A stretch of 64,000 bases of DNA from Oscillospiraceae bacterium. GTDB taxonomy: Bacteria > Bacillota > Clostridia > Oscillospirales > Oscillospiraceae. Shown one piece after another: positions 10,328-20,698 of this stretch (position 1 is its first letter; each line of letters opens with the position of its first letter). Made by a program: the position numbers and the translations under genes. The stretch covers positions 78-64,077 of the forward strand of contig JAFQRK010000040.1 of the NCBI GenBank assembly GCA_017410075.1. Direction: 5' to 3'. Below the pieces are notes generated by a model that was not told the DNA's origin, made no database searches, and was given only the letters and a program-made list of their open reading frames with translations.

Positions 10328-10339
10328 ACATTTTCCTTT

Positions 10340-11320
10340 TTACTTGGGATGTTTGGCAGATAGCTTGTTTTTCAAAATATTAAAGTAACTGTAGATCCTA
10401 ACAACATTGGGGTAAAATGTTTTTATTAGCCATCCATCTTGTTCTAAATTAAAGATCTTTTGTCCCTTGCAGCGAATCAACATCCGTCTGCCTTTTTTAA
10501 TAAGCCAATCTATTTCTTCTTGATATTGTGCAGTAGCATTGGCGTTTTTAATGTTTTCAATTGTATTCTTAGCTGCTTTCACAAAATCTCTGGCTCTTTT
10601 TTTGAAAAGTGCAGTAAATCCGTTCTCTTCGAAGAAATCACATTGTTCTTTCATTGCTACCAATTCGTGCAGATGCCTCGGATTCCATCTGCTACCCATA
10701 ATGCTATTGGGATTCTGATAATACCCATACAGCTCCGCGTCCAGCACTGCAATTTGCTCGCAAGCGAACAAAATGCGGTATGTAACAAACTCATCCTCAT
10801 GGAGCTTTCCAACAGGATACGGCAGCACCACACCGCAATGATAGAGCTTACCCCAGGCAACGGTTGCATTTACATTGCGCTGCATATAAAGATCCTCAGC
10901 ACTCCAAAGGTTGGCAGCCAAATCAGGATTTTCCTCCAGCGATTCGCCCTGCGTTCTCTTGAAGCCGCAAATGCTGACCTTTACTTTAAACTTCTGCACA
11001 GCGTCGTACAGCGCCTGCAGCATCGCAGGGTGCACATAGTCATCGGAGTCAACAAAGCTGAGCCACTCGCCGCAGGAAGCCTCAAAGCCCACATTGCGGG
11101 CATCAGAAAGGCCCCCGTTTTCCTTGTGAATGACTTTAATACGGCTGTCCTTTTTTGCCCAGCTGTCACACATAGCCGGACAATTATCCGGGCTTCCGTC
11201 ATCCACCAGGATCAATTCAAAATCTATAAATGTTTGCGCAAGGATACTCTCTACGCACCGGTCAAGATAGTCCTCCACCTTATACACCGGCACGATTATG
11301 CTGATTTTAGGCACTGCCAC
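10340..11320 (-). CDS. GT2 glycosyltransferase
   Basis: SIIVPVYK, VDDGSPD, HKENGGLSDARN, FVDSDD, LHED. Confidence 0.9.
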   Translation of the reverse strand: MAVPKISIIVPVYKVEDYLDRCVESILAQTFIDFELILVDDGSPDNCPAMCDSWAKKDSRIKVIHKENGGLSDARNVGFEASCGEWLSFVDSDDYVHPAMLQALYDAVQKFKVKVSICGFKRTQGESLEENPDLAANLWSAEDLYMQRNVNATVAWGKLYHCGVVLPYPVGKLHEDEFVTYRILFACEQIAVLDAELYGYYQNPNSIMGSRWNPRHLHELVAMKEQCDFFEENGFTALFKKRARDFVKAAKNTIENIKNANATAQYQEEIDWLIKKGRRMLIRCKGQKIFNLEQDGWLIKTFYPNVVRIYSYFNILKNKLSAKHPK

Positions 11321-11329
11321 AAAACCCCC

Positions 11330-12541
11330 TCACGTATTTTTTGTCAGCATCCAGTCCACCGCTCGTTGGGCGGCATCTCCCCGATCAAATGACCTACAGT
11401 ATTCTGAAAACTCTTTCATTCTGGCATCATACTCTTCCAGCGAAAATGTACAAATATGCTCAACTAGTTCTTCACTGCTGAAGCTTCGATCAAATGGACA
11501 CTCCTCAAACATTTTTGTCAATCCGCGTGTTGATCTGTATTTTTCATAATCCAAGGCACACAAGAATACCGGTCGATCCAAAAGTGCAAAATCAAATGCC
11601 GCCGATGAATAGTCCGTAATCAGATAATCCGCAACCATATAGAGTTCTTGCGCATCTGGATAATGTGTTGCACTAGTAATGCGTTTGTCGCTCTGCAATG
11701 AAACATCTTGTTCTTTCACATTTGGGTGCAGGCGTACAATCAAAACAAATTTCTGCTCAAAGCGCTTTTCAAACGCGTCAATGATAGCTGGATAATCCAA
11801 GTTATAGCCATCCGTACTACCGTCATCGCGAAATGTTGGCATATACAGGACTATTCTCACATCTGCATCAATCCCTATACTGGCTCGCACCATTGCTGCA
11901 GTTTGGTCTATGGCCTTCGCATCGAATAATTTGTCGTTTCTGGGAAGTCCTATCTCCAAAATTTTAGTCTTTTTATTAAGCCAAAAGTATTCACGATATA
12001 TTTCAGACACCAAGTCGCACGATGAGATAATGGCATCGCTATCTTTTCCGTCCTGCTTTGCTCTTTTTATGTAATGGGCATCCAGCGAGGGAACTGCGCT
12101 CTCTATCGCCTTAAATCCCATTCCTCCATGCCATGTCTGCAGCAGTGTTTGCTTTTTCTTCTTTTTGGGGCGACGAATGTTTCGGATGTTTACAACCAGG
12201 AATTTGGCCGAAGCCATTTCTTTCATTGCCTGATCGCTGCCAAATCTTACCGGTCGAATTCCTTGCGGCAAAGGCGAATTTATGTCATCTAACAACCATA
12301 CAAGATCCCACCCTGGACAACGCTTCAGCAATTCTTCAGCAATGTATTTCGGATTATCACCATAGGGCTTTCCAAAAAAATTCGAAAATACCACTTTTTT
12401 CGGTTTTACCGAACACATCGTGCAATACAGCCACAAATACTTCTTTTTGAAAAACGGCAACACTTCCCAGAACGCATTGTAAGCCTTAAGCAAGACCCGT
12501 TTAATCCGAGGGCGTATCCGACCCTTTTCCCAAAACTTCAC
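11330..12541 (-). CDS. CDP-glycerol glycerophosphotransferase (TagB/TagF family)
   Basis: DNPKYIA, QTWHG, GLPRND, YMPTFRD, RLHP, ITDYSS. Confidence 0.9.
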   Translation of the reverse strand: MKFWEKGRIRPRIKRVLLKAYNAFWEVLPFFKKKYLWLYCTMCSVKPKKVVFSNFFGKPYGDNPKYIAEELLKRCPGWDLVWLLDDINSPLPQGIRPVRFGSDQAMKEMASAKFLVVNIRNIRRPKKKKKQTLLQTWHGGMGFKAIESAVPSLDAHYIKRAKQDGKDSDAIISSCDLVSEIYREYFWLNKKTKILEIGLPRNDKLFDAKAIDQTAAMVRASIGIDADVRIVLYMPTFRDDGSTDGYNLDYPAIIDAFEKRFEQKFVLIVRLHPNVKEQDVSLQSDKRITSATHYPDAQELYMVADYLITDYSSAAFDFALLDRPVFLCALDYEKYRSTRGLTKMFEECPFDRSFSSEELVEHICTFSLEEYDARMKEFSEYCRSFDRGDAAQRAVDWMLTKNT

Positions 12542-13462
12542 TTACTGTTCCTCCAAATAAGTTTCAATTATATGCCTATAGAACGTTGGGTTTTGCTCTT
12601 CTTGGCGAATATATCGATTAAGTTTGTGGATCACGGACATTTTCAGAATGTCTGTCCACCTATCCGGTTCGTACTCTCGGTCCAATTCAAACTGAAGTGT
12701 ATGAGGCGCGTGGTTATTGTACACCGGAACCATCTTCCAATCCTCCGGATATTGTCTTGCTGCCATAGCAAAAAACATGTGGAAAATATAATAGTTTTCT
12801 GCGCAGTCATTGCGTTTCCAGTATTCATACAGCAGATCTCTTGTTAGCATCAGGATTGGCTGCTGACGACACGCAGAAATAAACCAGTTGGAAGCAATGA
12901 TGGCTTCCTGATCGTGTCTGGACAGGTCAATAATTTGGTATACAAATAATGGCGAGTCCGTAATGGCTTTGGGGATATCTGATGATGTACAAAGCACCGT
13001 AGCATCGATCCACATACCACCATACTCACAAAGCAACGCCAACCGCAGCAAATCAGAATAATGCGCAGCTCTAATTTTTTTGTTCTTCCATTTTTCCACA
13101 ATGTAATCCGGAAACTGGATGTACTTGGGTATTGTTTCCTCCGTAAGTACTACCACTTCCCTATCCGGAAGATTGCGTCGCACAGAATTGATGCACGCCT
13201 TAACTAGCTCTGGAGCATTCTCCTCGCCTTGAAGCCAACAGATCCACACTTTTTTGCTAGGCTTCCCGGCAACAGTCGGGTAGCTACTATTTCGAATCAA
13301 TCTTGCATACTCTAATTCCAACTTATGGTATACATCATCCTCGGCAATTTTCGTCAAGATATTCTTATTCTTCACAAAGTAAAGGTCTCCCCGCTGATGA
13401 AACTGCTTCAAATAATTCCAAAAATCTCGAAACCGTCTCGCATTGTCTTGGATAAATCCCAT
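12542..13462 (-). CDS. Capsular polysaccharide synthesis protein (Caps_synth, GT32-related)
   Basis: WICWLQGEENAP, HYSDLLRL, GGMWIDAT. Confidence 0.85.
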   Translation of the reverse strand: MGFIQDNARRFRDFWNYLKQFHQRGDLYFVKNKNILTKIAEDDVYHKLELEYARLIRNSSYPTVAGKPSKKVWICWLQGEENAPELVKACINSVRRNLPDREVVVLTEETIPKYIQFPDYIVEKWKNKKIRAAHYSDLLRLALLCEYGGMWIDATVLCTSSDIPKAITDSPLFVYQIIDLSRHDQEAIIASNWFISACRQQPILMLTRDLLYEYWKRNDCAENYYIFHMFFAMAARQYPEDWKMVPVYNNHAPHTLQFELDREYEPDRWTDILKMSVIHKLNRYIRQEEQNPTFYRHIIETYLEEQ

Positions 13463-13487
13463 AGCAACTCCCCCCTTATTAGCATTC

Positions 13488-14756
13488 TTACAATCTTCTC
13501 GCCTCTGGCAGTCTTACATTGCTCCAATAGCGTTTTTCCCACACATTCTTTTCTTGATCGCGGTTGATTACCTGTATGAGCATAATTGCTGCTGGATTGT
13601 CATACGCATAATAATTACCCACTTGGTCCGCACTGACAATTTCTATGCTTAAACAATATTCATCCTGCACCAAACAACCAATATCTACTTCAAAGCTTTT
13701 TATTTGTGCCTTTCCTATTTTCACCTGGAAAGGTTCAGACAAACATCCGGCAATCAGAAGCGCATTATTGCGATCTCGTATTCGCAGTATACACCTTGCT
13801 TCCTCTATCACAATCTTTGAATCAAAGCAGATTTCATATTTTAGCTTTTCGCCGGCGCTATATTCTGCAATTTGCTTATCAAGAAAACGGAAATGATTTA
13901 TGAATACTTGCTGACCAAAGTGATAATTACGCTCCTTGGCAGTAAAATCATGATACACAGGCAAAGTGCTATAATCATTGCCCATATATACGCTAATAGC
14001 CTCTTCCACGTCGCCGTCGAAGATGATGCGGCCTTTATCCAGCACGATGCAGCGGTCGCAGAGCTTGCGGATCGTGTTCATATTGTGGGAGACATAGAGG
14101 ACAGTTTTGCCCTGGACGGTAGCGGCATCGCGCATCTTGTCCAGACATTTTTTCTGGAACGCCATATCGCCAACAGCCAGGACTTCGTCCATGATCATAA
14201 TTTCGCTGTCCAGGTGCGCCGCCACGGAGAACGCCAGCTTCACATACATACCGGAAGAATAACGCTTTACCGGGGTGTCAATAAAGTCCCGCACCTCGGA
14301 AAAATCGATGATATCCTCCATCTTGGCGTCGATCTCCGCCTTGGTCATACCCAAAATCGCGCCGTTCATATAGATATTCTCCCGGCCGGTCATTTCCGGG
14401 CTAAAGCCGGTGCCTACCTCCAGCATCGAGGCGATCCGTCCGTAAATATCTACGCTGCCCTCCGTAGGGGCAGTGATCCGGGACAAGATCTTCAGCATTG
14501 TAGATTTACCGGCGCCGTTGCCGCCGATGATACCAATGGCTTCGCCCTGCCTGATCTCCAGATCAATGCCGTTCAGCGCCCAAAACCGCTGTCCCAGCAG
14601 CCGCTGATCGGTGCCGATCTTGGAATTGGGATCCTCCTTGTGCCGGACGCGTGCCCACCAGCTCTGCAGGTCAGCCGTCAGCGTACCGCCGCCGATCTGA
14701 CCCAGGCGGTACTGCTTCTTCAGACCCTTTATTTTAATTGCAAGTTGTTCACTCAT
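13488..14756 (-). CDS. wzt: Polysaccharide ABC exporter ATPase with C-terminal (Wzt-C-like) domain
   Basis: GGNGAGKST, YSSGM, MDEVLAVGD, VSH, followed by a ~165 aa beta-rich C-terminal extension. Confidence 0.9.
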   Translation of the reverse strand: MSEQLAIKIKGLKKQYRLGQIGGGTLTADLQSWWARVRHKEDPNSKIGTDQRLLGQRFWALNGIDLEIRQGEAIGIIGGNGAGKSTMLKILSRITAPTEGSVDIYGRIASMLEVGTGFSPEMTGRENIYMNGAILGMTKAEIDAKMEDIIDFSEVRDFIDTPVKRYSSGMYVKLAFSVAAHLDSEIMIMDEVLAVGDMAFQKKCLDKMRDAATVQGKTVLYVSHNMNTIRKLCDRCIVLDKGRIIFDGDVEEAISVYMGNDYSTLPVYHDFTAKERNYHFGQQVFINHFRFLDKQIAEYSAGEKLKYEICFDSKIVIEEARCILRIRDRNNALLIAGCLSEPFQVKIGKAQIKSFEVDIGCLVQDEYCLSIEIVSADQVGNYYAYDNPAAIMLIQVINRDQEKNVWEKRYWSNVRLPEARRL

Positions 14757-14765
14757 TTTCTTACC

Positions 14766-15620
14766 TCACACCGTATCCATAAAGGTCTTCTCGACCCGGC
14801 TGAAGATCACCACGCCGCAGAAAACCACCAGCGCCATCACAGCCGCGGAAATGCCCCAGTACATCAAATTGAAATCGCCCTGACCCAGGAACGCCCAGCG
14901 GAAGGTCTCTGCCGCGCAGGTCACGGGGTTGAGCATCACAGCCTTATACAGCCCGCCGTTGCCCAGTGTGGAAACAGGGTAAACCACGGGGGTAATGTAC
15001 ATCCACAGCTGCACGCCGAAGCCCACCAGCATGGTCAAATCGCGATACTTGGTAGTCAGGCTGGAAATGATAATGCCAAAGCCCAGACCCAGCAGACCCA
15101 GGTAAACAATGATCACCGGAAGCATAGCAATGCCGGTAAAGTTCGGCGCGATCTGATTGGTTGCCAGGTAATACACCCAGAAGATCAGGAACATCGCCAG
15201 CTGTATGAAGAAATTGATCACACTGAACAGCACCGTTGAGATTGGGCTGACCAGTCTGGGGAAATAGACCTTGCCAAACACGCCGGCGTTTCCGGTGAAG
15301 GTGCTTGCTGTGCCGTTCAGGCAAGCCGCAAAATAGCTCCAAACCACATTGCCGCCCATATAGAACAGGATCTGGGGCACACCGTCGGTAGAGATGCCGG
15401 CAATGCCGCCGAACACCAATGTGTGGATCAGCGTCGTCAGGATGGGCTGGATGATGGCCCACAGCGGGCCCAGCACCGTCTGCTTATAGCGCACCACAAA
15501 GCTGCGCTTGGTAAACAGCCAGATCAGATCCCGGTAACGCCAGACCTCTTTCAGATTAATGTCAAACCATCCGTTTTTCGGCTCCAGATGGGTGTGATAC
15601 TGCTTGCTCAAATCACTCAT
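14766..15620 (-). CDS. wzm: Polysaccharide ABC exporter permease
   Basis: RYKQTVLGPLW, KVYFPR, YRDL, TPVVYP, LNP; multiple transmembrane segments. Confidence 0.9.
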   Translation of the reverse strand: MSDLSKQYHTHLEPKNGWFDINLKEVWRYRDLIWLFTKRSFVVRYKQTVLGPLWAIIQPILTTLIHTLVFGGIAGISTDGVPQILFYMGGNVVWSYFAACLNGTASTFTGNAGVFGKVYFPRLVSPISTVLFSVINFFIQLAMFLIFWVYYLATNQIAPNFTGIAMLPVIIVYLGLLGLGFGIIISSLTTKYRDLTMLVGFGVQLWMYITPVVYPVSTLGNGGLYKAVMLNPVTCAAETFRWAFLGQGDFNLMYWGISAAVMALVVFCGVVIFSRVEKTFMDTV

Positions 15621-15641
15621 AGCTCTCGTTTTCCTTTTCTT

Positions 15642-16736
15642 TTACGCCTGCTCCAAAATATCCGCAATGCGCTTGCTTGCAAAGCCGTCGCCATAAGGAT
15701 TGCTGGCGTGACTCATACGCAGGTATTCTTTTTCATCTTCCAGAAGCTGCTTGAAATTCTGATAAATAATCTCTTCATCCGTTCCCACCAGCTTCAGCGT
15801 ACCAGCGGCGATACCCTCAGGACGCTCGGTGGTGTCGCGCATAACCAGAACCGGCTTGCCCAGACTGGGCGCTTCCTCCTGAATTCCGCCGGAATCCGTC
15901 AGAATCAGGTAGCTGCGGTTCATGAAATTATGAAAATCCAGTACATCCAGCGGCTCAATGATATGAATTCTGGGCTCCTGACGCAGATATTTATCCGCGA
16001 TCTGACGCACCTGGGGATTCATATGGATGGGGTAAATCGCCTTGACATCCGGATGCTCCTCCATCACGCGGCGGATCGCCCGGAACATATGCTCCATAGG
16101 CTCACCCAGATTTTCTCTGCGGTGCGCGGTGATCAAAATCAATCTGCTATCTGCAGCCCACTGAAGCTCCGGATGGGAATAGTCATCCTTGACCGTGGTT
16201 TTCAGCGCGTCGATGGCTGTATTGCCGGTCACATAGATAGATTCCGGTTTTTTCCCCTCTCTCAAGAGGTTTTCCTTTGACTTTTCCGTGGGTGCAAAGT
16301 TATAGGCGCTTAAGATACCAACCGCCTGCCGGTTAAACTCCTCCGGATAGGGGGAATAAATGTTGTAAGTACGCAGACCGGCCTCCACATGGCCTACGGG
16401 GATCTGCAGATAGAAGCAGGCCAATGCTGTTACGAATGTTGTGCTTGTATCTCCGTGCACCAAAACAACATCCGGCTTTTCAAGCTCCAAAATCTCTTTA
16501 ATGCCGTTTAAGATGTTTGTGGTCACATCGAACAGCGTTTGCCGATCCTTCATAATGGAAAGATCATAATCCGGCACAACGCCAAATGCCTGCAGCACCT
16601 GATCCAGCATCTGTCGATGCTGACCGGTCACGCAAACCTTGGTCTCAATATTTTTTCTGGATTTCAGCTCATTCACCAGAGGGCACATTTTAATTGCCTC
16701 CGGTCTGGTTCCAAACGCCAGCATAACTTTCTTCAT
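15642..16736 (-). CDS. wecB: UDP-GlcNAc 2-epimerase (non-hydrolysing)
   Basis: FGTRPEAIK, TGQHR, HGDT, HVEAGLR, TDSGGIQEEAP, NPYGDG. Confidence 0.92.
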   Translation of the reverse strand: MKKVMLAFGTRPEAIKMCPLVNELKSRKNIETKVCVTGQHRQMLDQVLQAFGVVPDYDLSIMKDRQTLFDVTTNILNGIKEILELEKPDVVLVHGDTSTTFVTALACFYLQIPVGHVEAGLRTYNIYSPYPEEFNRQAVGILSAYNFAPTEKSKENLLREGKKPESIYVTGNTAIDALKTTVKDDYSHPELQWAADSRLILITAHRRENLGEPMEHMFRAIRRVMEEHPDVKAIYPIHMNPQVRQIADKYLRQEPRIHIIEPLDVLDFHNFMNRSYLILTDSGGIQEEAPSLGKPVLVMRDTTERPEGIAAGTLKLVGTDEEIIYQNFKQLLEDEKEYLRMSHASNPYGDGFASKRIADILEQA

Positions 16737-16761
16737 ATCTGTTGCCTCATACATCAAAAAA

Positions 16762-17718
16762 TTAGGTCTTCCCCGTTATTCTTCTTGTAAAATAGTACAG
16801 CCCGATGGCGGCGGGGAGTTTTCCTGCTACACGGTGCAATATACGATATTGGCCGCTTAGGGGTAATTTTTTTACTTTTGATAAAACGATAATCCGCTGC
16901 TTCAACGCTTGGGCCTGCTGTTTGAAGCCGCCCTTTCTGGCAAGGCAGTACAGCCAGGCAGCTGTCTGGAACATTCTGCGTTGTGTTTCAACCGCCAACG
17001 CATCGCACCCGAGCTGCCGCAGCACCGCTTCCCTCTCCTCCATAATGGGGAAAATATCCAACGATTTGGGAGAAAAGGCTGCGTGAATAATGCTGCTGTG
17101 GCGCATCACATAGCCATAAAGCAGGAGATTTGTATAAACCGCCTTTTGGCAATTGGGTAGCAGACGGGTCATTAGCTCCTCGTCCTCGTGGCGGATGCCC
17201 TCCCGGAAGCGAAGCTCCCGGAACAGCACCCTGCGGAACAGCTTGGTGCACGAAGACGCCGCCACGCCGCCCATATCGTAAAGATATCGGAAAAAGGCCG
17301 GCACTTCTGTCAGTACCTGTTCCTCCCGATCCTGCGCCTCCGGCTGCCAGCTGCCGTCGGTTTCCTGATAGAGAAAATGCACAAAATCTGCATCCGGGTG
17401 GCGAGTTGCCACTTCCGTCAACAGCTTTACTGTATCCTGTACCAAATAGTCGTCGCCGTCTACGAACAAGATCCATTCGCCGGCAGCAACCTCCAAACCG
17501 GCGTTTCGTGCCGAAGACAAGCCACCGTTTTCCTTGTGAACCACCCGGATCCGGCTGTCTTCCGATGCGTATTCATCGCACAGCGCGCCGCTGCCGTCCA
17601 TAGAGCCGTCGTCCACCAAAATGATCTCCACATCCGTATAGGTCTGCTTGCGCAGACTCTCTACGCAGGCCGGCAAATATTCACTTATGTTGTACACCGG
17701 CACAATGATCGATACCAT
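16762..17718 (-). CDS. GT2 glycosyltransferase
   Basis: SIIVPVYN, HKENGGLSSARN, FVDGDD, RHED. Confidence 0.9.
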   Translation of the reverse strand: MVSIIVPVYNISEYLPACVESLRKQTYTDVEIILVDDGSMDGSGALCDEYASEDSRIRVVHKENGGLSSARNAGLEVAAGEWILFVDGDDYLVQDTVKLLTEVATRHPDADFVHFLYQETDGSWQPEAQDREEQVLTEVPAFFRYLYDMGGVAASSCTKLFRRVLFRELRFREGIRHEDEELMTRLLPNCQKAVYTNLLLYGYVMRHSSIIHAAFSPKSLDIFPIMEEREAVLRQLGCDALAVETQRRMFQTAAWLYCLARKGGFKQQAQALKQRIIVLSKVKKLPLSGQYRILHRVAGKLPAAIGLYYFTRRITGKT

Positions 17719-17719
17719 T

Positions 17720-18715
17720 TTAAGTCCTACCCAATATGTTTTTTACGGATTGCTTGAGCTTGCGTACAAGCAGATCCCGCTTATTGATATAGTGGCAGCT
17801 TTCTGCCAGCTTTTTTTGCTCCGCTCTTGGCTGCTTTGTAACCGCACCCATCACGATCCCACGGAAGGATCTCCGAAGCTTTTCCCCGTCATAAAAATGG
17901 GTTTGCCCATTGGTCTTGTCCAGCAGCGCAAAGAAACCGTCCAGCGCCCAAATTTCTTCCGGGGCGCATAGCTGCCCCCCCTGGCAGTAGCAGAAGAAGG
18001 CTTCGGGGATCTCAGCTTCTATGCCCAGCTGCCGGACCTGCCTGGTTTTCAGCTTGCGCAGCAACTCCAGATACCGCGGCGACGGATTCTGGGTCACCTG
18101 GCTGCCGTGGATCCGATATTTCAGAAGGATATCGGGCAGTGTGGTGATCTGATGCTTTTCCAGCACCCGGCACCACAGCTCGTAATCTTCCAGACCGTTA
18201 AACTCCGGATCATATCCGCCCAGATCGCGGATCGCGTCTGCCCGCATCATAACGCTGGGGTGCGCCAAGCCGCAGGCAAACAGCAGATCTACCTTCATCT
18301 GTTCCGGCTCCGTTGCGGACCAGCCGGTGCAGATCGTACCCAAGTCATTGAAGCTCTCCACATTTGTGCCCAGCACCGCGACATCTTCATTTGCTGCCAT
18401 ATAGGCCATCTGTTTTTCCAGCCGCTCCGGCAATGCAATATCGTCCGCATCCATTCGGGCGATATATTTACCCTTGGCGGCAGCAAGCCCTTTGTTCAGC
18501 GTTTTTGCCACACCCAGATTCTCGTCATTTTTCAGATAGACGATCCGGGGATCTTCATAAGAGAGAACGATCTCCTCGGTGCGATCTGTGGAGCAGTCAT
18601 TGATGATGATGAATTCGAAATCACCAAAGGTCTGCCCCAGAATGCTCTCAATGGCCTGCGCTATGTACTTTTCGGCATTATACGCCGGCATAATGACGCT
18701 GACCATTTTCATCAC
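17720..18715 (-). CDS. GT2 glycosyltransferase
   Basis: SVIMPAYN, INDCSTD, ARMDADD, EDYELW. Confidence 0.9.
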   Translation of the reverse strand: MMKMVSVIMPAYNAEKYIAQAIESILGQTFGDFEFIIINDCSTDRTEEIVLSYEDPRIVYLKNDENLGVAKTLNKGLAAAKGKYIARMDADDIALPERLEKQMAYMAANEDVAVLGTNVESFNDLGTICTGWSATEPEQMKVDLLFACGLAHPSVMMRADAIRDLGGYDPEFNGLEDYELWCRVLEKHQITTLPDILLKYRIHGSQVTQNPSPRYLELLRKLKTRQVRQLGIEAEIPEAFFCYCQGGQLCAPEEIWALDGFFALLDKTNGQTHFYDGEKLRRSFRGIVMGAVTKQPRAEQKKLAESCHYINKRDLLVRKLKQSVKNILGRT

Positions 18716-18724
18716 GCATCCCTC

Positions 18725-19714
18725 TTACTTTTCGTTTTCTTCCAGAAGATAGCCGTATACGGTTTGCTTTCCATCTTCTGTTTGCTCGCTTAATTTCCCT
18801 TTGTAGCTAAGTTTGAAGAAACTGTTGCACGACAGCAGCTTCTCATATTCCTCCTGCACAAAGGGCTCGTTCAAATGCTTTTCCATCAGCCAAATGTTGG
18901 GGTTGTTAGGTCCTACTGCATCAATGCTCTCCCGAATCGCCGGCACACCGCAGTAGCCTGCCCACAAAATGTAATCCACGATTACATAGTCAATCAATCT
19001 GTCATGCTTTTGCCACCACAGCAGCAAAGCATTGTAAACATATGGAAACAGCGGATTGGTGGATTGCCCCATAAAGAAGAAATTACACCACTTGCCTCTG
19101 CAGGCTTCTTTCGGGCACTCTTCCCAGCTCTTAAAGCGCTGCGTAAAATAAGGCCGGGAAAGATATTCCGGCAACTTTTCCTTGATTTTGTCCGACAGGA
19201 ATACCGTAGAATCAATCCAAGCGCCACCGTATGTGCTGACCAGCGCATAGCGCAAAATATCCGTCATATGAATATTGGTGATCAGCCCTTTATCAAACTT
19301 ATCAAAGATATAATCCGGAAGTTTCACATAATCATTCAGGTTGTCCCAAGTAATTATGTGCAGCTGTGCAGTTTCAGGCAAACATTTCCGCATCCGATTG
19401 ATGCATGTTCTTACGATAGGCGGTGCATTTTCCTCGCCCTGCCACCAGCAGACCCAAACCGGAGTTTTCTCCAATTGGATCTTAGGCGTTACATCTGCCC
19501 GTTTTCCTTGACAGTAGCTTTCTGTTAAAGAAGAAAGCTCGCGGATCATATAGTCCGACAACACTTTGATATATCTTTTACTCTTTCCCGTAGGAATCAG
19601 CACATCCCAGAATTTGACCCGCGCGACCTTGCGACCAAACTCCCGCCGATCCTTGGGATATTCCCTGCAGCAAGCAGCAAACCGCTGCATCAGGTGCTTG
19701 ATCTTTTTCAGCAT
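18725..19714 (-). CDS. Capsular polysaccharide synthesis protein (Caps_synth)
   Basis: WVCWWQGEENAP, HMTDILR, GGAWIDST, FFKLSYK. Confidence 0.85.
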   Translation of the reverse strand: MLKKIKHLMQRFAACCREYPKDRREFGRKVARVKFWDVLIPTGKSKRYIKVLSDYMIRELSSLTESYCQGKRADVTPKIQLEKTPVWVCWWQGEENAPPIVRTCINRMRKCLPETAQLHIITWDNLNDYVKLPDYIFDKFDKGLITNIHMTDILRYALVSTYGGAWIDSTVFLSDKIKEKLPEYLSRPYFTQRFKSWEECPKEACRGKWCNFFFMGQSTNPLFPYVYNALLLWWQKHDRLIDYVIVDYILWAGYCGVPAIRESIDAVGPNNPNIWLMEKHLNEPFVQEEYEKLLSCNSFFKLSYKGKLSEQTEDGKQTVYGYLLEENEK

Positions 19715-19717
19715 TCC

Positions 19718-20698
19718 TTATCTCCCGTGTTTTTTGTTGGCCAGCCACGCCAGGGCGCATAAAGGCAGCACTTTCTTGCGCTTCATCAGTTTCTCTCGCA
19801 ATCCGATATTGACGGTCTGTGATAACACCTGCTGCAGACATTCATTGCTGCAAAGGGCTTTAACCTTCTCCCGTCTTTGCCCCATTGTCAGCGGCGAGGT
19901 TTTGTAGAAGTAGTTGCAGATCGCGCTAAACGCGCCGCTTAACAGCTGGCGGTTATACACCTGCACATATCCAGCATCGTTATTCCAATGCATTTCCAGC
20001 GCCTGCATGATCACCTTATGCGCTGATTTGCAGGCGTCGAAATAGTCCTCGTGATAGCGATGCACGGCGCTTTCGCTGTGCATCAATCGGTAATACAGTG
20101 GCCTTTTGAAATACCGCAGGCTGCTGCAGCGACCCATTGCGTACAGATTGAACAGCCGATCCTCAGAAAACTTAATGCCCTCCGGGAAGTGGAGGCCTGC
20201 AATACAGCTTCTGCGGTACAAGCACCGGCAAGCAGACCCTGCCATCAGTGCCAGCAGCTCCGGTGTCCAGTCTTTTTTTGTGACGGCGCAATCGCCCTCC
20301 AGCAGGGGAATCGTATCCGGCTCTGTCCTTCCGTCACCCCAAACAGTAAAGGCATCCCACATCACAATATCGTGATCACCGATCTGTTGCAACACAGCTT
20401 CATAAGTTTCAGGCGCGATCTCATCATCTGCATCCACAAAGCCGATAAAATCGCCGGTTGCGATCTCCAGGCCCGCATTTCTTGCGGCAGAAACGCCCCG
20501 ATTCTCCTGATGGATCACCTTCAGGCGAGGGTCTTTCTTTGCCCACTGATCACAGATCGCTCCGCTACTGTCTTTTGAGCCGTCATTAATCAGGATCAGT
20601 TCCAGATCCTGATGGGTTTGCCTCAAAATGGAGTCTATGCACTTGTCCAGATAGCGCTCCCCGTTATATACAGGAACGATCACACTAACTCTTGACAT
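19718..20698 (-). CDS. GT2 glycosyltransferase
   Basis: SVIVPVYN, INDGSKD, FVDADD, FSED. Confidence 0.9.
   Translation of the reverse strand: MSRVSVIVPVYNGERYLDKCIDSILRQTHQDLELILINDGSKDSSGAICDQWAKKDPRLKVIHQENRGVSAARNAGLEIATGDFIGFVDADDEIAPETYEAVLQQIGDHDIVMWDAFTVWGDGRTEPDTIPLLEGDCAVTKKDWTPELLALMAGSACRCLYRRSCIAGLHFPEGIKFSEDRLFNLYAMGRCSSLRYFKRPLYYRLMHSESAVHRYHEDYFDACKSAHKVIMQALEMHWNNDAGYVQVYNRQLLSGAFSAICNYFYKTSPLTMGQRREKVKALCSNECLQQVLSQTVNIGLREKLMKRKKVLPLCALAWLANKKHGR

Noticed and set aside
17975-17981. C7/G7 tract in a GT2 gene as a phase-variation site
   Set aside because: Short, in frame and encoding Gly-Gly; there is no evidence of slippage from a single sequence.
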